A DNA stretch of 64,000 bases from Phoronis australis (lineage: Eukaryota; Animalia; Phoronida), in NCBI GenBank assembly GCA_002633005.1, contig NMRA01000016.1, positions 652,443 to 716,442 on the forward strand, written 5' to 3'. The first letter of the stretch is position 1; every line of letters starts with the position of its first letter. The translations under genes and the position numbers were made by a program. Below, one piece after another: positions 1 through 12,374 of this stretch. The notes beneath the pieces were generated by a model. That model did no database searches, was not told where the DNA came from, and saw only the letters and a program-made list of their open reading frames with translations.

Positions 1-261
1 ATCAAAATGCTATTTATTTGAGGCTATTGTGTCAGTCTTGAATGGACCCTCTTAGTTGCCTGTCTCCGTGTACCCAGATAATGGAGGCTGAAAGGAGATG
101 CAAAAACGTCAATACGTTAGGGTTTTAGATTTGTGGCTGAATAGTACGGCGGATTTATAATATACTTTGCGTTATTTTCAAATCCCACTTCTCTGACAAG
201 ACATTACAATGTTATTCACAGTCTCAGTGGCAAAGCATTTGCTTTTTGTTGTGTATTTCAG

Positions 262-3200
262 ATGTGGACGAATGCGTCAACTCACCATGTGATTCCGTTC
301 GAGGAAATTGTACTAACACACCTGGATCATTCTCCTGCACGTGCAGAGATGGCTACCTGTTGGCATCGGACAACACTTGCAACGGTACAAGGCGGGGTTG
401 ACAATAGATATATATTTCTTGCGAGATATGTTCAGACAAAAAGATTGCACTATACAACTCAATTAACTAGGATGACTATTCAGTTTTTTCATCCAGTGTC
501 TTCACATCTCTGACAGCTAGAAAAGTTCAAAAGATACGAACATCAACAAGATACGTATGTCAGTACATTGTCCAATGACTGAGAAAATTGGTCTATTGCA
601 GATCGAAACGGAAACTGGGGCGCTTACGGTCCATGGAGTTCCTGCAGTTTAACGTGCGGAAATGGCACTACAACAAGAGTCCGAGAGTGCAACAATCCCA
701 CACCAGCTGGCAATGGTGCCAACTGTACAGGGGGCGCTGCTGACAGCAAATGGTGCCTGCTAGAGTACTGCCCGTGTAAGATTCAAGATTGAATTTACTT
801 TACTTCAAAATCTCAGAATAAACTCCTTACGGTTAATCTTCTTTGTTAAGGGTGGGTAGATAGCTAATACTAGGTGCACCTTTTTGTTTGATTTCTTATA
901 CTCCAATGGTTTAGGAATAACTAAAAATGAACCAAGTCGGTTAACCTCCACACTTCCCTAGTCATTCCTTTTCTGGTGAAAATGGCGCGCAACAATATTT
1001 AGGCCCGGAGTCTAATCGTTTTAATTCGAACCGAACTTGAAATTATATTTTTTTGGCATTTTCTATTCTACTTTAGTGGGAACTCGAGACGTGTTTCCAT
1101 TATTCTATGATCGGGTGCAAAATGGTTGGCGTGCATAACGTTCTTTTACTATTTTGCACTTGATGACCTCTGTATTCACACTATAAGTTCAAGTGTGAAC
1201 ACAAAATTTGAGTTTTTCTCTAAATCTCGATTTTGTAGCTCAAATCTTGGGGTCATCACGTGCGGGCCTTCTACTTAAATTAGAAACGCATATGCGCAAG
1301 CCATAATGTACTTGAGCACAGGCTAACAGAATACATATGGAACAAGAAATGCCAAAAATGATTTCGAGCTCGATATCGAGTGCAAAGATTAAACCCCGAG
1401 CCCATATGCTATGCCACAAAATCGTTGAGGACACATCGGTGCTATGTCGTAATACACCATTTTCGTGTTTTAGTCTCCTCTGCTTGTCACGCGGTATATA
1501 TTCACATTTTGCAAACGCACTTCTGATTTTGGATAAGTCGGATGGCTATTCGCATTGAATGTCAAATAATTCAAGAATCTCATTGTATTTTCCGTGTTAT
1601 ATCTCCTTTGCATTGCTTTTCATGTCTTCGTTGTTGTTTTTCGATGTATTGTATTATAGCGTTGAAATTAAACAAATCTGTAGTAAACCTGAAACTTAGC
1701 CATTACAGCCTTCAGTACTGCCACGTAATTCTATGCGGTGAGTAGGGCATTGTCTGGGCAGTAAATCAAAGGATCCAGTGAATCGATCTCATCAAATAAC
1801 GTTATAAACTCTGTTTATTGTTCACCATCTGTGTCACTATTGTTTCTGGCATTGCCTTGCACTTTTTACAGTAAAGCAAGTTGTCAAAGATAACGGTGTC
1901 AACCTCGTGTTTGGAGGCGGAATGACAGCATCACAGGTAAATAATATTCGGCTCTCCTCGGTGTTTGCCATCCGATGCGACTTTTTGCCTAAAATGGCCC
2001 GTACAACTCGTCGGTTCAAACGTGACACGACGCAGATATCTCCGATTTTCGTTTCTCTCAGTAAAATCATTACGATAATTGAATCAGGCCAATGTGTACA
2101 GATCGAGTGACTGATCCCGATTATCTCGAATACGATTTTGTACTCAAAGTCGCATGCGACAATTGGAATGAATAGACAGGGATTCAGACTTCTCGGTAGT
2201 TTGTTATGTTGCTTTGTTCGAAAAACTTAGCTAGGCATGGAAGTGGATTTCTCAATAGCTTAAAGTGGTGCAAAACTCATTGTAGTTTAAACGGTCAGTA
2301 CCGAGCCTCCTGGCGAAGATTGCTGACCTATTGACGGAACACTGCAAGAGTGACGCCACCAAGTGGGCAACGTGCTGTAAACCCCTCGTCGGAGATGTGC
2401 CATACACGTATGTATCGCGAGCTTGTCTAGACTCCTTCCTCAGTAAAACGTTTTCGTTATTGAAGTAATCTGGTCATTATATTTTTCTGAAAATCACTCC
2501 AAGAGTTCACATAACGTAAAACGTGAAGACGAGATTTTAAGCAGATCTCCCGGATGAACACGAAAATGGTCTTTTCATTCCATTTTATGGAGCGAACAGG
2601 CCATTTTCGAAGAACACTAAGCCCTGTCCAATGACAGACTAACCTATAGGTAAAACAATCTGCCCAACTATAGTACAGAAGGTTTGGTATTATACTACTC
2701 CTTTGCTATGTACTATCAATATACAGTGCATCAGATTTTGTTAGGTCAAAACAATATCCGCTGAAAAGTTCTGTGACAGCTACACCAACTTTTTAGGCAC
2801 ACGACGAAGTGGAGTCGTGTCATCGCACACGTGACCTACAGATGTACATGTATCAACAAAACTAGATGCTCGAAGCTCACAAGAGTTGCCATTCTATTAA
2901 AATAGCATCAAAACGAACCCTATCAGATTACCTAAACCCATATGCAAGGGTCAAGTGACAAGAAAATAACGTTACACTGCACAGGTTTCACAAATCATAC
3001 ATCAATGCATTGTGCAGAATACATGAAACTCCATGGTCAGTGAAAATCGTAGCTAGAGAGCGTTGAGAGCTAGCATTGATTCATTTACAGGCCTCCATCA
3101 AACGTGACTAAAGTGTATGCGACGCCTGACGATATCCAAGTGGCCGAGAATTTCCCGGTACAGTTGGCCACTGGGGAGATTCAGATGATTGTAGTGGCGA

Positions 3201-6200
3201 AGGTAAAAAAAGACAACGAACTATGTGCAGCTGGTGTTTCGAACTCTACCGCCAGGCGTCGGAGAGCCGTCTCCATTGGAACCAACGAGTCTGCTGTCGC
3301 CCAACAGCTCATAAAGACCGTTTTGAATGAGCCGACATCGTGAGTAAATTCTTTTACTCTTTTAAGTGACAACCATGGAGACTTCGACTTAACGGCCTTA
3401 TTTCGATATGAAGATAATGAAAAATATCCTTGAATAATTAATGCTTATCCAATTAAGCTTATGTATTCTTCGCTGCCAAAGAAAGGAAAATCACAAGATA
3501 CCAAATCTGGTCCCCATCCCAACCATCTGACGCAATCTTGGGTACCTGGATTTACTTACAATGACTAAAAAGTTACCCTGGCTTGCGGTTTTCACTCTGC
3601 AGGTTAGCAGTAGTTTCTGTTTAAGTCGAAGTTAAATGCGACGATAGTGCCCGATCAAGGGGCTCCTTGCAATCGCCGCTGTTTTCGGCAACTTCAGTCA
3701 CTTATTGCATCATCTTGTATATTACAGTCAAACGTTTCTGGTCCAGACAGTTCAAAGTTCATTGCCCGTGAATGTTACCGTAACAATGGCACCCGTAGAA
3801 GATGCCAAACTTCCGGAAGTACCAACCGATCCTCCGACCACAGTAGTTATGACCACTGCGGAATCCATAACAACGAAACAACCTGTCATAACTACACAAC
3901 AGGTAGGTTTCAGGAATGCAGTTGGTTATATTCAAAGTGGAAAATTGACTGATATCAAGCACAACTTAATAGTGTTTCCTTCTTACTTGGCAGAAGTGTA
4001 GACTTTTAATACCTCGCCCAGGATATTAAGAGCCATTGTATGAGAAAATCCAAAGAAATCAAAAAATCACACTAGGGTTCATCTTTCATGTTCAGATTAA
4101 ACTTTGTGTATGCGATCGTGGTGTGTCTCTGATATGAAAATCACCAATTTTGCACTTATTGACTTCTTAATTTTTATCTATAGGCTTTCAAATGTTCACG
4201 AAAGAAATAATAAAAACGTTTTTGCATACCGAAAACATAAGAACAGGTAGATTGTATGCAATGACAGAAAACACATAATGAGACTAGGAAATGGGACATA
4301 AGGACTACCTAATAAAATTGATACTGATAATTTCATCACATGACAGGGGAGATAAATCCAGAGGCAATTTTTTCTAGTGTTTAAAATGGGTGTCGCTCGA
4401 CTGCTTCTACAAGCCAGTTTGCAAAGGCTGTGGACATTGAAAGTAATGTTTATGGAGAAATCTTGGATGTGTGAACGAATTTGAGAAATCTCTTGAATGG
4501 GCTTTTTCATTTTTTGTTCTAAAATATACTCCAATATTTCATTGTTTATACTTTTTAAACGAATGTTTTTGTAACTTCATTATATTTAAACTGGTTTCAA
4601 GAAAAATAATTAATGAGAATCAAAGTTTTAGAGACCGTAATGCTGTCTGACATATATCCAAACACCTTACCCATTTATCGTTCATAACTGACCATGGCCG
4701 TGGGTCAAAGTTTACGCAGGCACATTGGATGACATATCTGCCTTGTGCCAATACCCAAAACAGTTGACCCCCTTAGGGACAACTGTTAGGCTGACAAGAA
4801 TAAGTCATGTCAAAATATTCATGATACTTTAACATAAAAAATAATGACCCGAAATTTTCAAATATACATTTTGAACATACCTCACCAGGATGAAAACACT
4901 ATTTTTTCAAGAACTGAGTCGGTGATCCTAGAGTCGACTTTTTGGTGCTCTCGTGGAATGACAGTTACGTTTTCATTGTTTCCGCTCATTCCAGGTACCC
5001 AAGCCTCCAGGCGGTGTGGAATCCTGGGTGATAGCCGTCGCTGTGGTAGGGGGCCTCGTCGGAGTTATATTGATTGTTGTCATCCTCGTCGTCATCAGCA
5101 AGCGGTAAGATGAGGTCGCAAACATTTCTGCAGTGTAGTGAATATGGACTTACACGTTTATGTATCACAGCACAAAGCATAAGCACCTAATATGTTTAGT
5201 GATGACGTGTCATGGCAGTAGAGGACGCAATTTGGACCCGGAAATAAAAATAGACATGCCGTCACACTTGGTCCAAAACGTCATAATGACGTCCTGCTAA
5301 ACATTCCTACAAAATACGCATGCAAACGTTTTGGTTTATCTGTGCGGCCTGGTATACTGGCTAATTTTCCTTCGCGAGAGGTAATGACAGCGGTGAGAAA
5401 GATTGAGACGAAATATCCGGTCAGCATTGCTATGTAAATTGCATACAACAGCACGTAGTCAAAACCAGTATGTCGCAACTTAAATTGAAATGCAACAGTC
5501 ACAGTCAGGTGGTTAAACTCTCAACACAGAACCAGCTGTAATTTCTTGAACCAGCTTTGAAATACTCAACACTTCTCAATTCTATCGGTCAATTTACACC
5601 AACTTCTAACTTATTTAGACTGGCTCGACATTTCGGTCGGTAGTTTCTCAGGTCATCTTGAGGAGTTACATCTCAAAGGAAAAATACGGTTTTGCGATAC
5701 ATGTTGGTCAATTACTGGTGAGTACAGTCTGGAAACCCACGGGCCCAAAATTTCCAAGAAATGTTCACCATTGACCACTGTGTGTGCACCACGTGTCCCG
5801 CTCGTCTTAAAACGGTGTAACAGAAGGTGGTCGCCGGCGGAGAAATGACCGACCGAAACGTTGAACCACTTTAAATCGGCTACAATTTGGTCCAAACTCA
5901 CCATACAAATTTAGAAATGAGATTAATGCCAACAGGAAGCACGTGTCATGGCCATGTCTGATGTCACTCCCTTTCAAGTAATATAGGATATTTGTCGCTG
6001 CTGGCCTATTTTTCGTAAAGAAAAATGTGGAGTTAGAGAACGCATATGACTGCGAAGATATTTCAAATTACCATTCCATATGTCTAAAACTGGAATATCT
6101 ACCAGGCGCCCAGGAGTCAAATTTTCCCAAGTGGCCAACTGCCAGTTCGGTGGACATCTGTTGAGATTCGCATCTGTCGTATACAACACCGACACCTAGT

Positions 6201-7352
6201 TCTCGCCTCTCAATGCATAGACATGTAGTCTGCTTATGGTTTTTGGCGCATAGGTGAATCCAGAGTCGGAAAGAGGCTCAGGGAATTATAAAAACAAGGT
6301 TGTACCAAATTGAACAGCGAAAATTAGGCACGCCAGTCAATATTGTTTATTTTGCAAGCCTTAAATTTGAGATACTGGAAACGTGTTTCATGGTCTCCAG
6401 CTTTCTGCAGTCCCCCTACTTGATACCCTGAATCTTCATTCAGACCCCATGAAATATCCATCTCATCTACGGGGAGAGTCCTTTGTAGAAGTTTGGATTT
6501 GCCAATACCTTCACCAGGCCAACATGCTCTGTAGCGTAGTTGTACATGTACATAGACATCCAATTTCGCTACAAGCGTACGCTTTTATGGGGCAAAAATA
6601 TATGTGCAATCACAATGTAACAGCATATACAGGTATTGTCGCATTCTACGTATATTATCGCCTCCCAATTTATGTCTGCTGCGACCATGTATGTCGTGAA
6701 CGCCGACGCATGCTGTCGCCAGGGCTACAACACTGTTCGATGTTAACGGCACATATTGTCGCGCTAAACATACATTCAAGTTACCAATACATGTATGTAT
6801 CACGTGGGACAATTTCGATTATCAAATGGCCGCTAGCGAAGGAAGACGAATGCTTTCGGAGATACATGTATATTCGACGAACTCATGAACCCGTTAACTT
6901 CCCATTTTAGTCTTATTGCGTCGTTTTGTTGCAGGACTGGAAAAGCTTCCGTTTCCCCAGAGACATCGCAGTCCAACCTGCGCTCGCCTAGTGACCACCA
7001 ACAGCCCCGCCCAGGTTCGCATGTTTCCAGTGCAAGACAATCCCGTCCAACGTCTCACAATGTAAGCCCGAGTCACATGGAAGAGAACCACGCGAGGAGC
7101 GCACTTGCAACTGCCGATCATCCTGCCACCTATGTTGAACCATCCAAATCAAACTCGGCTGCTATCAGCAGATCCCAAGTGTCCGTCATAACGGTGAACG
7201 AATCGGAGTCGAAAATCGACCGGAGTATACCACAAACGACGACAAACCAGAATCAATCTGTAACGAATGGGAAAGATAAAGAGAGCGAAGGCTCGCAGCT
7301 GGACGCCCAGGACAACGGCAAGGATAATGGCAACCAAATGACAGAGATGTAA
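262..7352 (+). CDS. Gene A (5'-truncated by window edge): 3' part of a large EGF/TSP1 type I transmembrane protein, paralogue of gene B. Exons 262-384, 602-775, 1872-1936, 2286-2407, 3091-3339, 3728-3902, 4995-5104, 6935-7352
   Basis: All exons have AG/GT boundaries with compatible phases. Spliced product: cbEGF (DVDECVNSPC...), TSP1 ([20 protein letters not shown]), juxtamembrane domain with RRRR, Thr/Pro stalk, TM, Ser-rich tail. Six of the eight exon lengths equal those of gene B's last eight exons or differ by one codon. Confidence 0.9.
602..775 (+). CDS. Gene A exon: thrombospondin type 1 repeat (missing from ORF track)
   Basis: [58 protein letters not shown]: canonical WxxWxxCSxTCG...RxRxC pattern; phase 1-1 exon. 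Confidence 0.92.
4995..5104 (+). CDS. Gene A exon: transmembrane helix
   Basis: [37 protein letters not shown]: about 24 hydrophobic residues followed by KR stop-transfer; ccag| and |gtaag boundaries. Confidence 0.92.
5192..5304. mobile_element. 113-bp MITE-like dispersed repeat, copy 1
   Basis: Ends ATGTTTAG...CTAAACAT form inverted termini; a similar same-length copy lies in reverse orientation at 12262-12374. Confidence 0.7.
6935..7352 (+). CDS. Gene A last exon: Ser/Gln-rich cytoplasmic tail ending QMTEM*
   Basis: ttgcag acceptor with phase 2 matching the TM exon; homologous to 58725-59142. Confidence 0.88.
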
Positions 7353-7525
7353 TTGCACGGAGTCGACGTACCGGCGCTGCAGGACAGCAAGTGTGAGGTG
7401 GTAATCACCTTCTTTACCCAACGAAGCGTATTTATTGCGACAGTAGATACACGTGTCAGGTTTTAATATTTAAACAACTAAATACATATAGCCAGGAGAT
7501 TATATCTGTAATAGGTTATAATTAA

Positions 7526-8019
7526 AGGTGCTAAAACCCGTCTTCCCTTTAAACCCAACCTTTGATTTGGACAAATCATCGTCCTGTCACAAAACTGATC
7601 TCAACTTGTTTCGCGGCCGGATTGAAACCAATAGCTGGTCTTGAGAAGTACTGGTAGGTCGTTATTGTGTAAACCAAGCTCACGAGGTTGACTTTCGGTG
7701 ACGAGGGAAGTTACCTATATCGAGCAAGGTCTCAGCATGTCATTGTTAATAAATTATCAGTCGTAAAAAAACCTAGAAGCCATTTCTACTATGAATAAGG
7801 AAAAAGTGAAGACCAGGTGCCCATTCCTTAAACGCAGTACACTCGCGAAAATACAATGTCACACTTAAGTCTTGGTGAAATGTCGTCATCCATTTCAAGT
7901 AAAACACGTGACTACACACGCGAGATTCTAGCGTCTACGGAACTCAGTCCAGTTTTACAACAGCATATTATGGCCCTCTCAAAGTTAGTTTCAGTGACAC
8001 GAAGTGGATTTTAGCACCT
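7526..8019. mobile_element. Non-autonomous DNA transposon with TTAA target duplication (Kolobok/piggyBac-type ends)
   Basis: TTAA|AGGTGCTAAAA...TTTTAGCACCT|TTAA: perfect 11-bp TIR plus TTAA on both sides; no coding capacity. Confidence 0.7.
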
Positions 8020-8543
8020 TTAAAGTTGACGTTTTTGGTTTTGTTTTAACGTGTTGTGTATTAATTGTTGACGCTTATTAGAATTTTGTACAACAAAATG
8101 TGCCATTGTAAAAGGGTCTACCATAAGACCAACCAACTTAATCCAAGATTTTGTTGTCAACGACTACTTCGTTCAAGTAAATTTTGTGTTCCCTTTTTGA
8201 CTTGGTCAATACAAAGAATTCGACATGGGTTCTGTTTACGTTTGATCACATTTTCATGTTTAATTATCACATATTCAAGAACTAACTGCATGTTCAATTT
8301 CTCATTTTTTTCATTCTGTGTGGTGGAAATTTTCAATAAACATTTTCTAACAATGAAGCGTTTTAATTCCATTTACAGTCTTTACGATATACATGTAGAG
8401 GAACTCACCATAAATACGATTCATCTTCAGTTGTATACGCAAACAGTACCGGGGATTGCCAACGATTTCTTGTAATAACTTGGTAAACATGATTTTTACA
8501 CAGACCGTCTCTTTTCGTCATGGCAAAGTTCGTTAAATATCAG

Positions 8544-8795
8544 TTCTAAAATCTATTGGTCTATTGGCGCGGTGGTGTTAGTAGCTGAGTGGTTAACGTA
8601 CTGGCCAGGCAATCTTTCTGTCTCTGGTTCAGTCCCATCGTATGCCAAGAGAAAATAAAAGTGCTCATCATTTAGGACCAATAATGTACAACACACCCGC
8701 GTTTGTTCTTCAAGAACGCTGCAAATCCTGAAGATGACAGCAGAGATGACCGACCGAACATCGTTCCAATCTAAATAGACCAATAGATTTTAGAA
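8544..8795. mobile_element. 252-bp element with perfect 22-bp TIRs and an internal tRNA-like (Pol III A/B box) segment
   Basis: TTCTAAAATCTATTGGTCTATT (8544-8565) and AATAGACCAATAGATTTTAGAA (8774-8795); TAGCTGAGTGG at 8582 and GGTTCAGTCCC at 8626. Confidence 0.65.
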
Positions 8796-8879
8796 AGGGT
8801 GTTACCACATCATCTCCCCAAATCTGTTTCAGGAAGACAACATATTACGAAATACCTTGAGGTCATTGCGTTTGTAAAC

Positions 8880-10530
8880 CCTGTGCGACCGCCTATGCTC
8901 AGGAAGTAAACTACACAGTTCACTGATCGTTGCCATCGACACCAATAAAATAACACACCTTTCTCAAGCATATTAAGTTAATTCCGGATTTTCGAAGATT
9001 ATTAACACAATCATCCATTGTCAAACTGGAGATTAATTGTAACTACACAGGGCGCTATCTATGGGGCGATTACATTTTGTGAGAAAAACAAGCTGAAACA
9101 TGGAGATACCTCAGGTGGCGATCGTTAAAGCTGCTGGGTCGAATGATGCTTAGACGAATACACACTACTCATGCAATTTCAACATGCGATATTGGTGCCT
9201 GTATCGTGACTATTCAAGAAAACCTCCTTGAAAGATTCTAGAATTTTCAAACGCTCTTAAATATGTTCATGCAAAAGAACTGTGATACAATGTACAATTT
9301 GAGACCTGCACGTCGGACCGGTGTGACCAAAAAGGTATTTTACAAAACGTTATATCCAATAATTACCTCTAGGACGAACACACCATGAAGAAAATCATTA
9401 AAAAATGTTAAAGTTTTTAAACCCGATGATTACCTTAATGGCGTGTTCGTCCTGGGGGTAATTACTGGACATAACAATTTTGTAAAATACCTTTTGGTCA
9501 CACCGGTCCAACTCGCAGGGACTTTGTGGAAGCCCAATTATTACACTGTACCTCGATGATATTATTTCGTATCTGAATAAGAAGTCCTCCAACTTGGTCA
9601 TTAAAAATAACATTTCTAAAGCGATAGTCAGTCCCCTTGTCCATTGTAGTGTTGTTTATGAGTTTGCATGCCCTATGGAAGAGTGTCTTCGTTCAAATGT
9701 CAAGGAATGTTTCATTGATCAAACGGTTTGCTGTCTTTCCCATCTTAAAACTGGCGCCATACAAGAACATTTTCTGCAACGTCACGAACGTAAAATCACC
9801 CGTCAAAAATTGTGGAAAACACGTCAGTTCGGTACGTAGAGCACGATGAGATGCGATTAAAAATATTGGAGTCCCTTTTGATTCCACTTGAGAAGCGTGT
9901 TTTGAATGAACAGCAAACAGGGTCACGCCTCACGTTACACTTGTTTGCGTGCCTTTCCTGTTACCCGCCTTTCATTTGTCATTCTTTCCAGTATTTCACA
10001 CCTGCCGTGTCCCACTGTGTATGTCTCCAACTTTTGCTGTGTGGTGGTATTACTGCGTCATTTTATTTCAACTTGAGAATGAAACAAGTACACCTGTACG
10101 TTTCGAAATATCGTGGTCTTAATCATGACTCTTGGTCAGTTGCTTTACCAATGTTCAGAGAATATGAACGGAATGGAATAAAAATTGTTAATAACGACAA
10201 GTGTCGCGTATTCGACCAATTTTGCATATCGGAAAACTTGCTACCGAAGTACAGCCAATTTGAGAGCCCCCCCAAAATGATCGTGAATGGCAGTCTTGAA
10301 GGTAGCAAGTGATGATCTATAAACGCAGCATATCGTCAGACCAATGTATCTCGATTCTTAAACACCTACTGAAAGCTGAGGGCGTCAAAACTCGGTTGAA
10401 ATCCAAAAAATCTCTCCTAAATATCGCATGTTGTTATTCATTGCGTAAATAAAAGTAAACGTTGATGAACACACGAACAAACTCAATCAGCTGATCAACG
10501 ACAATAACAAAATTCACACCTCACTACCCC
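8880..10530 (+). mobile_element. Decayed Penelope-like retroelement (GIY-YIG endonuclease remnant; boundaries approximate)
   Basis: Frameshifted ORFs 9594-9839 and 9812-9945 read VVYEFACP..C...GAIQEHF..H..KITR / ENT..RLKILESLLI...LNEQ...TLHLF, typical of a PLE GIY-YIG C-terminus. FREYE..KIVN...F..FCISENLLPKY (about 10150-10260) resembles a PLE ORF N-terminus, as expected for a partial tandem. Confidence 0.7.
9305..9520. repeat. Long imperfect inverted repeat (about 80-bp arms, about 50-bp spacer)
   Basis: ggaccggtgtgaccaaaaaggtattttacaaaa...ggacgaacac is mirrored by gtgttcgtcc...ttttgtaaaataccttttggtcacaccggtcc. Confidence 0.85.
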
Positions 10531-11937
10531 ATACATTGCCGTTCCTCACCGGCGATTATAAATGTTTCTTTCCTGCTGGGATTATAATAGGCACTTACCA
10601 GAGCGCATGCGCCTGTACTTTGATGGCCGGCTTCTTTTATTTGGGAACAAAGATTATATGGTGCTCTCAGAATGACTTGGAGGAAGAAAAATTTGTTGGA
10701 CCCTTATCAAAATGTCCAAATTTGGCTAACTTTGGAACACCATATCTCACATACGACAGATTGGATCCATACGAAACGTTCAGACCCAATGTTTTACGCA
10801 CAGTTCTCCAGCCCGCTGCCAGGAATTGTTATGTTCCTCCTTTGCTGAGGGGGATATCAATAAATAGAACTTTTATAACTTTCATGGTAAACTTTAAATT
10901 TACATAAAAATGAAATTATATTTCAGAAAACTAACAGAAGGTTTGAGATCTTATCTTGAACAATTATATCAAATAATACTTTAATCTTACTGATACCATA
11001 TTCTTGTTATTCACGTTCCTTTCATTTTTGCTAAATTTTAATAAAATGCATGGTCACGTGACTCTATTAGTAATAGATTAGTAAAAAGTCAAATTCTACA
11101 GGCTTTCTACTTTCAATAAATAAATACTTTTAAAAAAATTATAGTTTAGTAGATATTTGGCTAAGTGAGCAAACCTGTCAATAATCTCCAACATAACCTA
11201 AGGAACAGAGATGGGTTTCCATGGTAACCGCTGCCCGTTCGTGACACCTATGTTTTCCGTCCATTTTAGACACAGCGCATTAAAAACAAAATCTGCCATA
11301 GGAAATTGAACTTTTTCAATTTTCAAACTGCTAAATTTGGTTCACTTCAACGGATGAATGGTGTACCGCCTTTTTGTTGAGATGTCCCACACTCTATTGT
11401 GTAGCATGACTGAGCAACACAATGAAGCAACTTGATTTCTGTGCACCAATGCTTATTAGAATGCAGTGAAATTTAAATGGGGGAGGGCGTCACGTATTAC
11501 TGGTGATCCACTTGCTACCTGCAAACACAAATTTTTGTCCTGTCTGCTACTTTTTAAAGAAGTTCGTATTAATTATTGTTGGTCATTAATAGAAAAATGT
11601 GGTTGGTGGGCTAAAGTACACGTGTGAAGCACTTGCGGTCAGTCTCGTTCCATTAAATTTCTTAAAGATAGCCTCCAGCGACCAAAACACCCTTTTGACA
11701 CCAAATTATACAAGTATTTTGGAATAAAATATTGTTTATTACATAAGACAGAAAGTAATTAACTGTGACCTAAATTACACCGCCTGTAATTTTTAATCCC
11801 TTCAGATATTCTCAACCAATCAGCGTAAAGTGGCACATATACCATCACCGTGTCAACGAAATTTCCCAGAAGCCTCATTTCGCAACAGCCGAGTGTCATT
11901 CCTTGAACGTAGGCTACTTATCGATCTCAGGGCTAAA

Positions 11938-12105
11938 ATGCCGTGTTGCGTGCTGTACGGGTCGTAAAGCAATGTAAACGGCAATGGCATACACGTGTAC
12001 AACTTCCCCGCCGATCCTGTCATGTGCAGTGCATGGAATAGATTTGCATCCACAACAATTAAGAACTGGCGACAAATTCTAAGAGCAACAACATTAGTTC
12101 TAGCC
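11938..12105 (+). pseudogene. Decayed THAP zinc-finger fragment, probably from a DNA transposon
   Basis: MPCCVLYGS*SNVNGNGIHVYNFPADPVMCSAWNRFASTTIKNW follows the THAP pattern M-x-C..GC.N...FP.D.....W; internal stop. Confidence 0.5.
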
Positions 12106-12261
12106 TTGGTTTTAATTAGGCGAATTTGAAGAAAAGAGTATCTTTGAGTACAGTAAAGTTTGCAAGCTTTCAAAAAGGGAACAAAGCCAACAGAAACCTG
12201 TCACTTCTCGATGCCTATCGAAGTTTTCAAATACTAATCCCAGTTTAATCTTTGTATAGAA

Positions 12262-12374
12262 ATGTTTAGCATGACGTCATTATGACGTTTTGGACCCAGT
12301 GTAACGGCAAGTCTATTCTTATTTCTGGGTCCCAATTGCGTCACTTACTGAACTGACACGTCATCACTAAACAT
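12262..12374. mobile_element. 113-bp MITE-like dispersed repeat, copy 2 (inverted relative to 5192-5304)
   Basis: Reverse complement aligns end to end with 5192-5304 with scattered substitutions. Confidence 0.7.

Noticed and set aside
6383-6910. 175-aa ORF in gene A's last intron
   Set aside because: No recognisable motif, non-ATG start, composition typical of intronic low-complexity DNA.
8575-8650. tRNA gene
   Set aside because: A/B boxes are present, but I could not form acceptor and anticodon stems.
10600-11530. Possible DNA-transposon remnant (contains ccatggtaacc)
   Set aside because: No TIRs, TSD or second copy found in the window.
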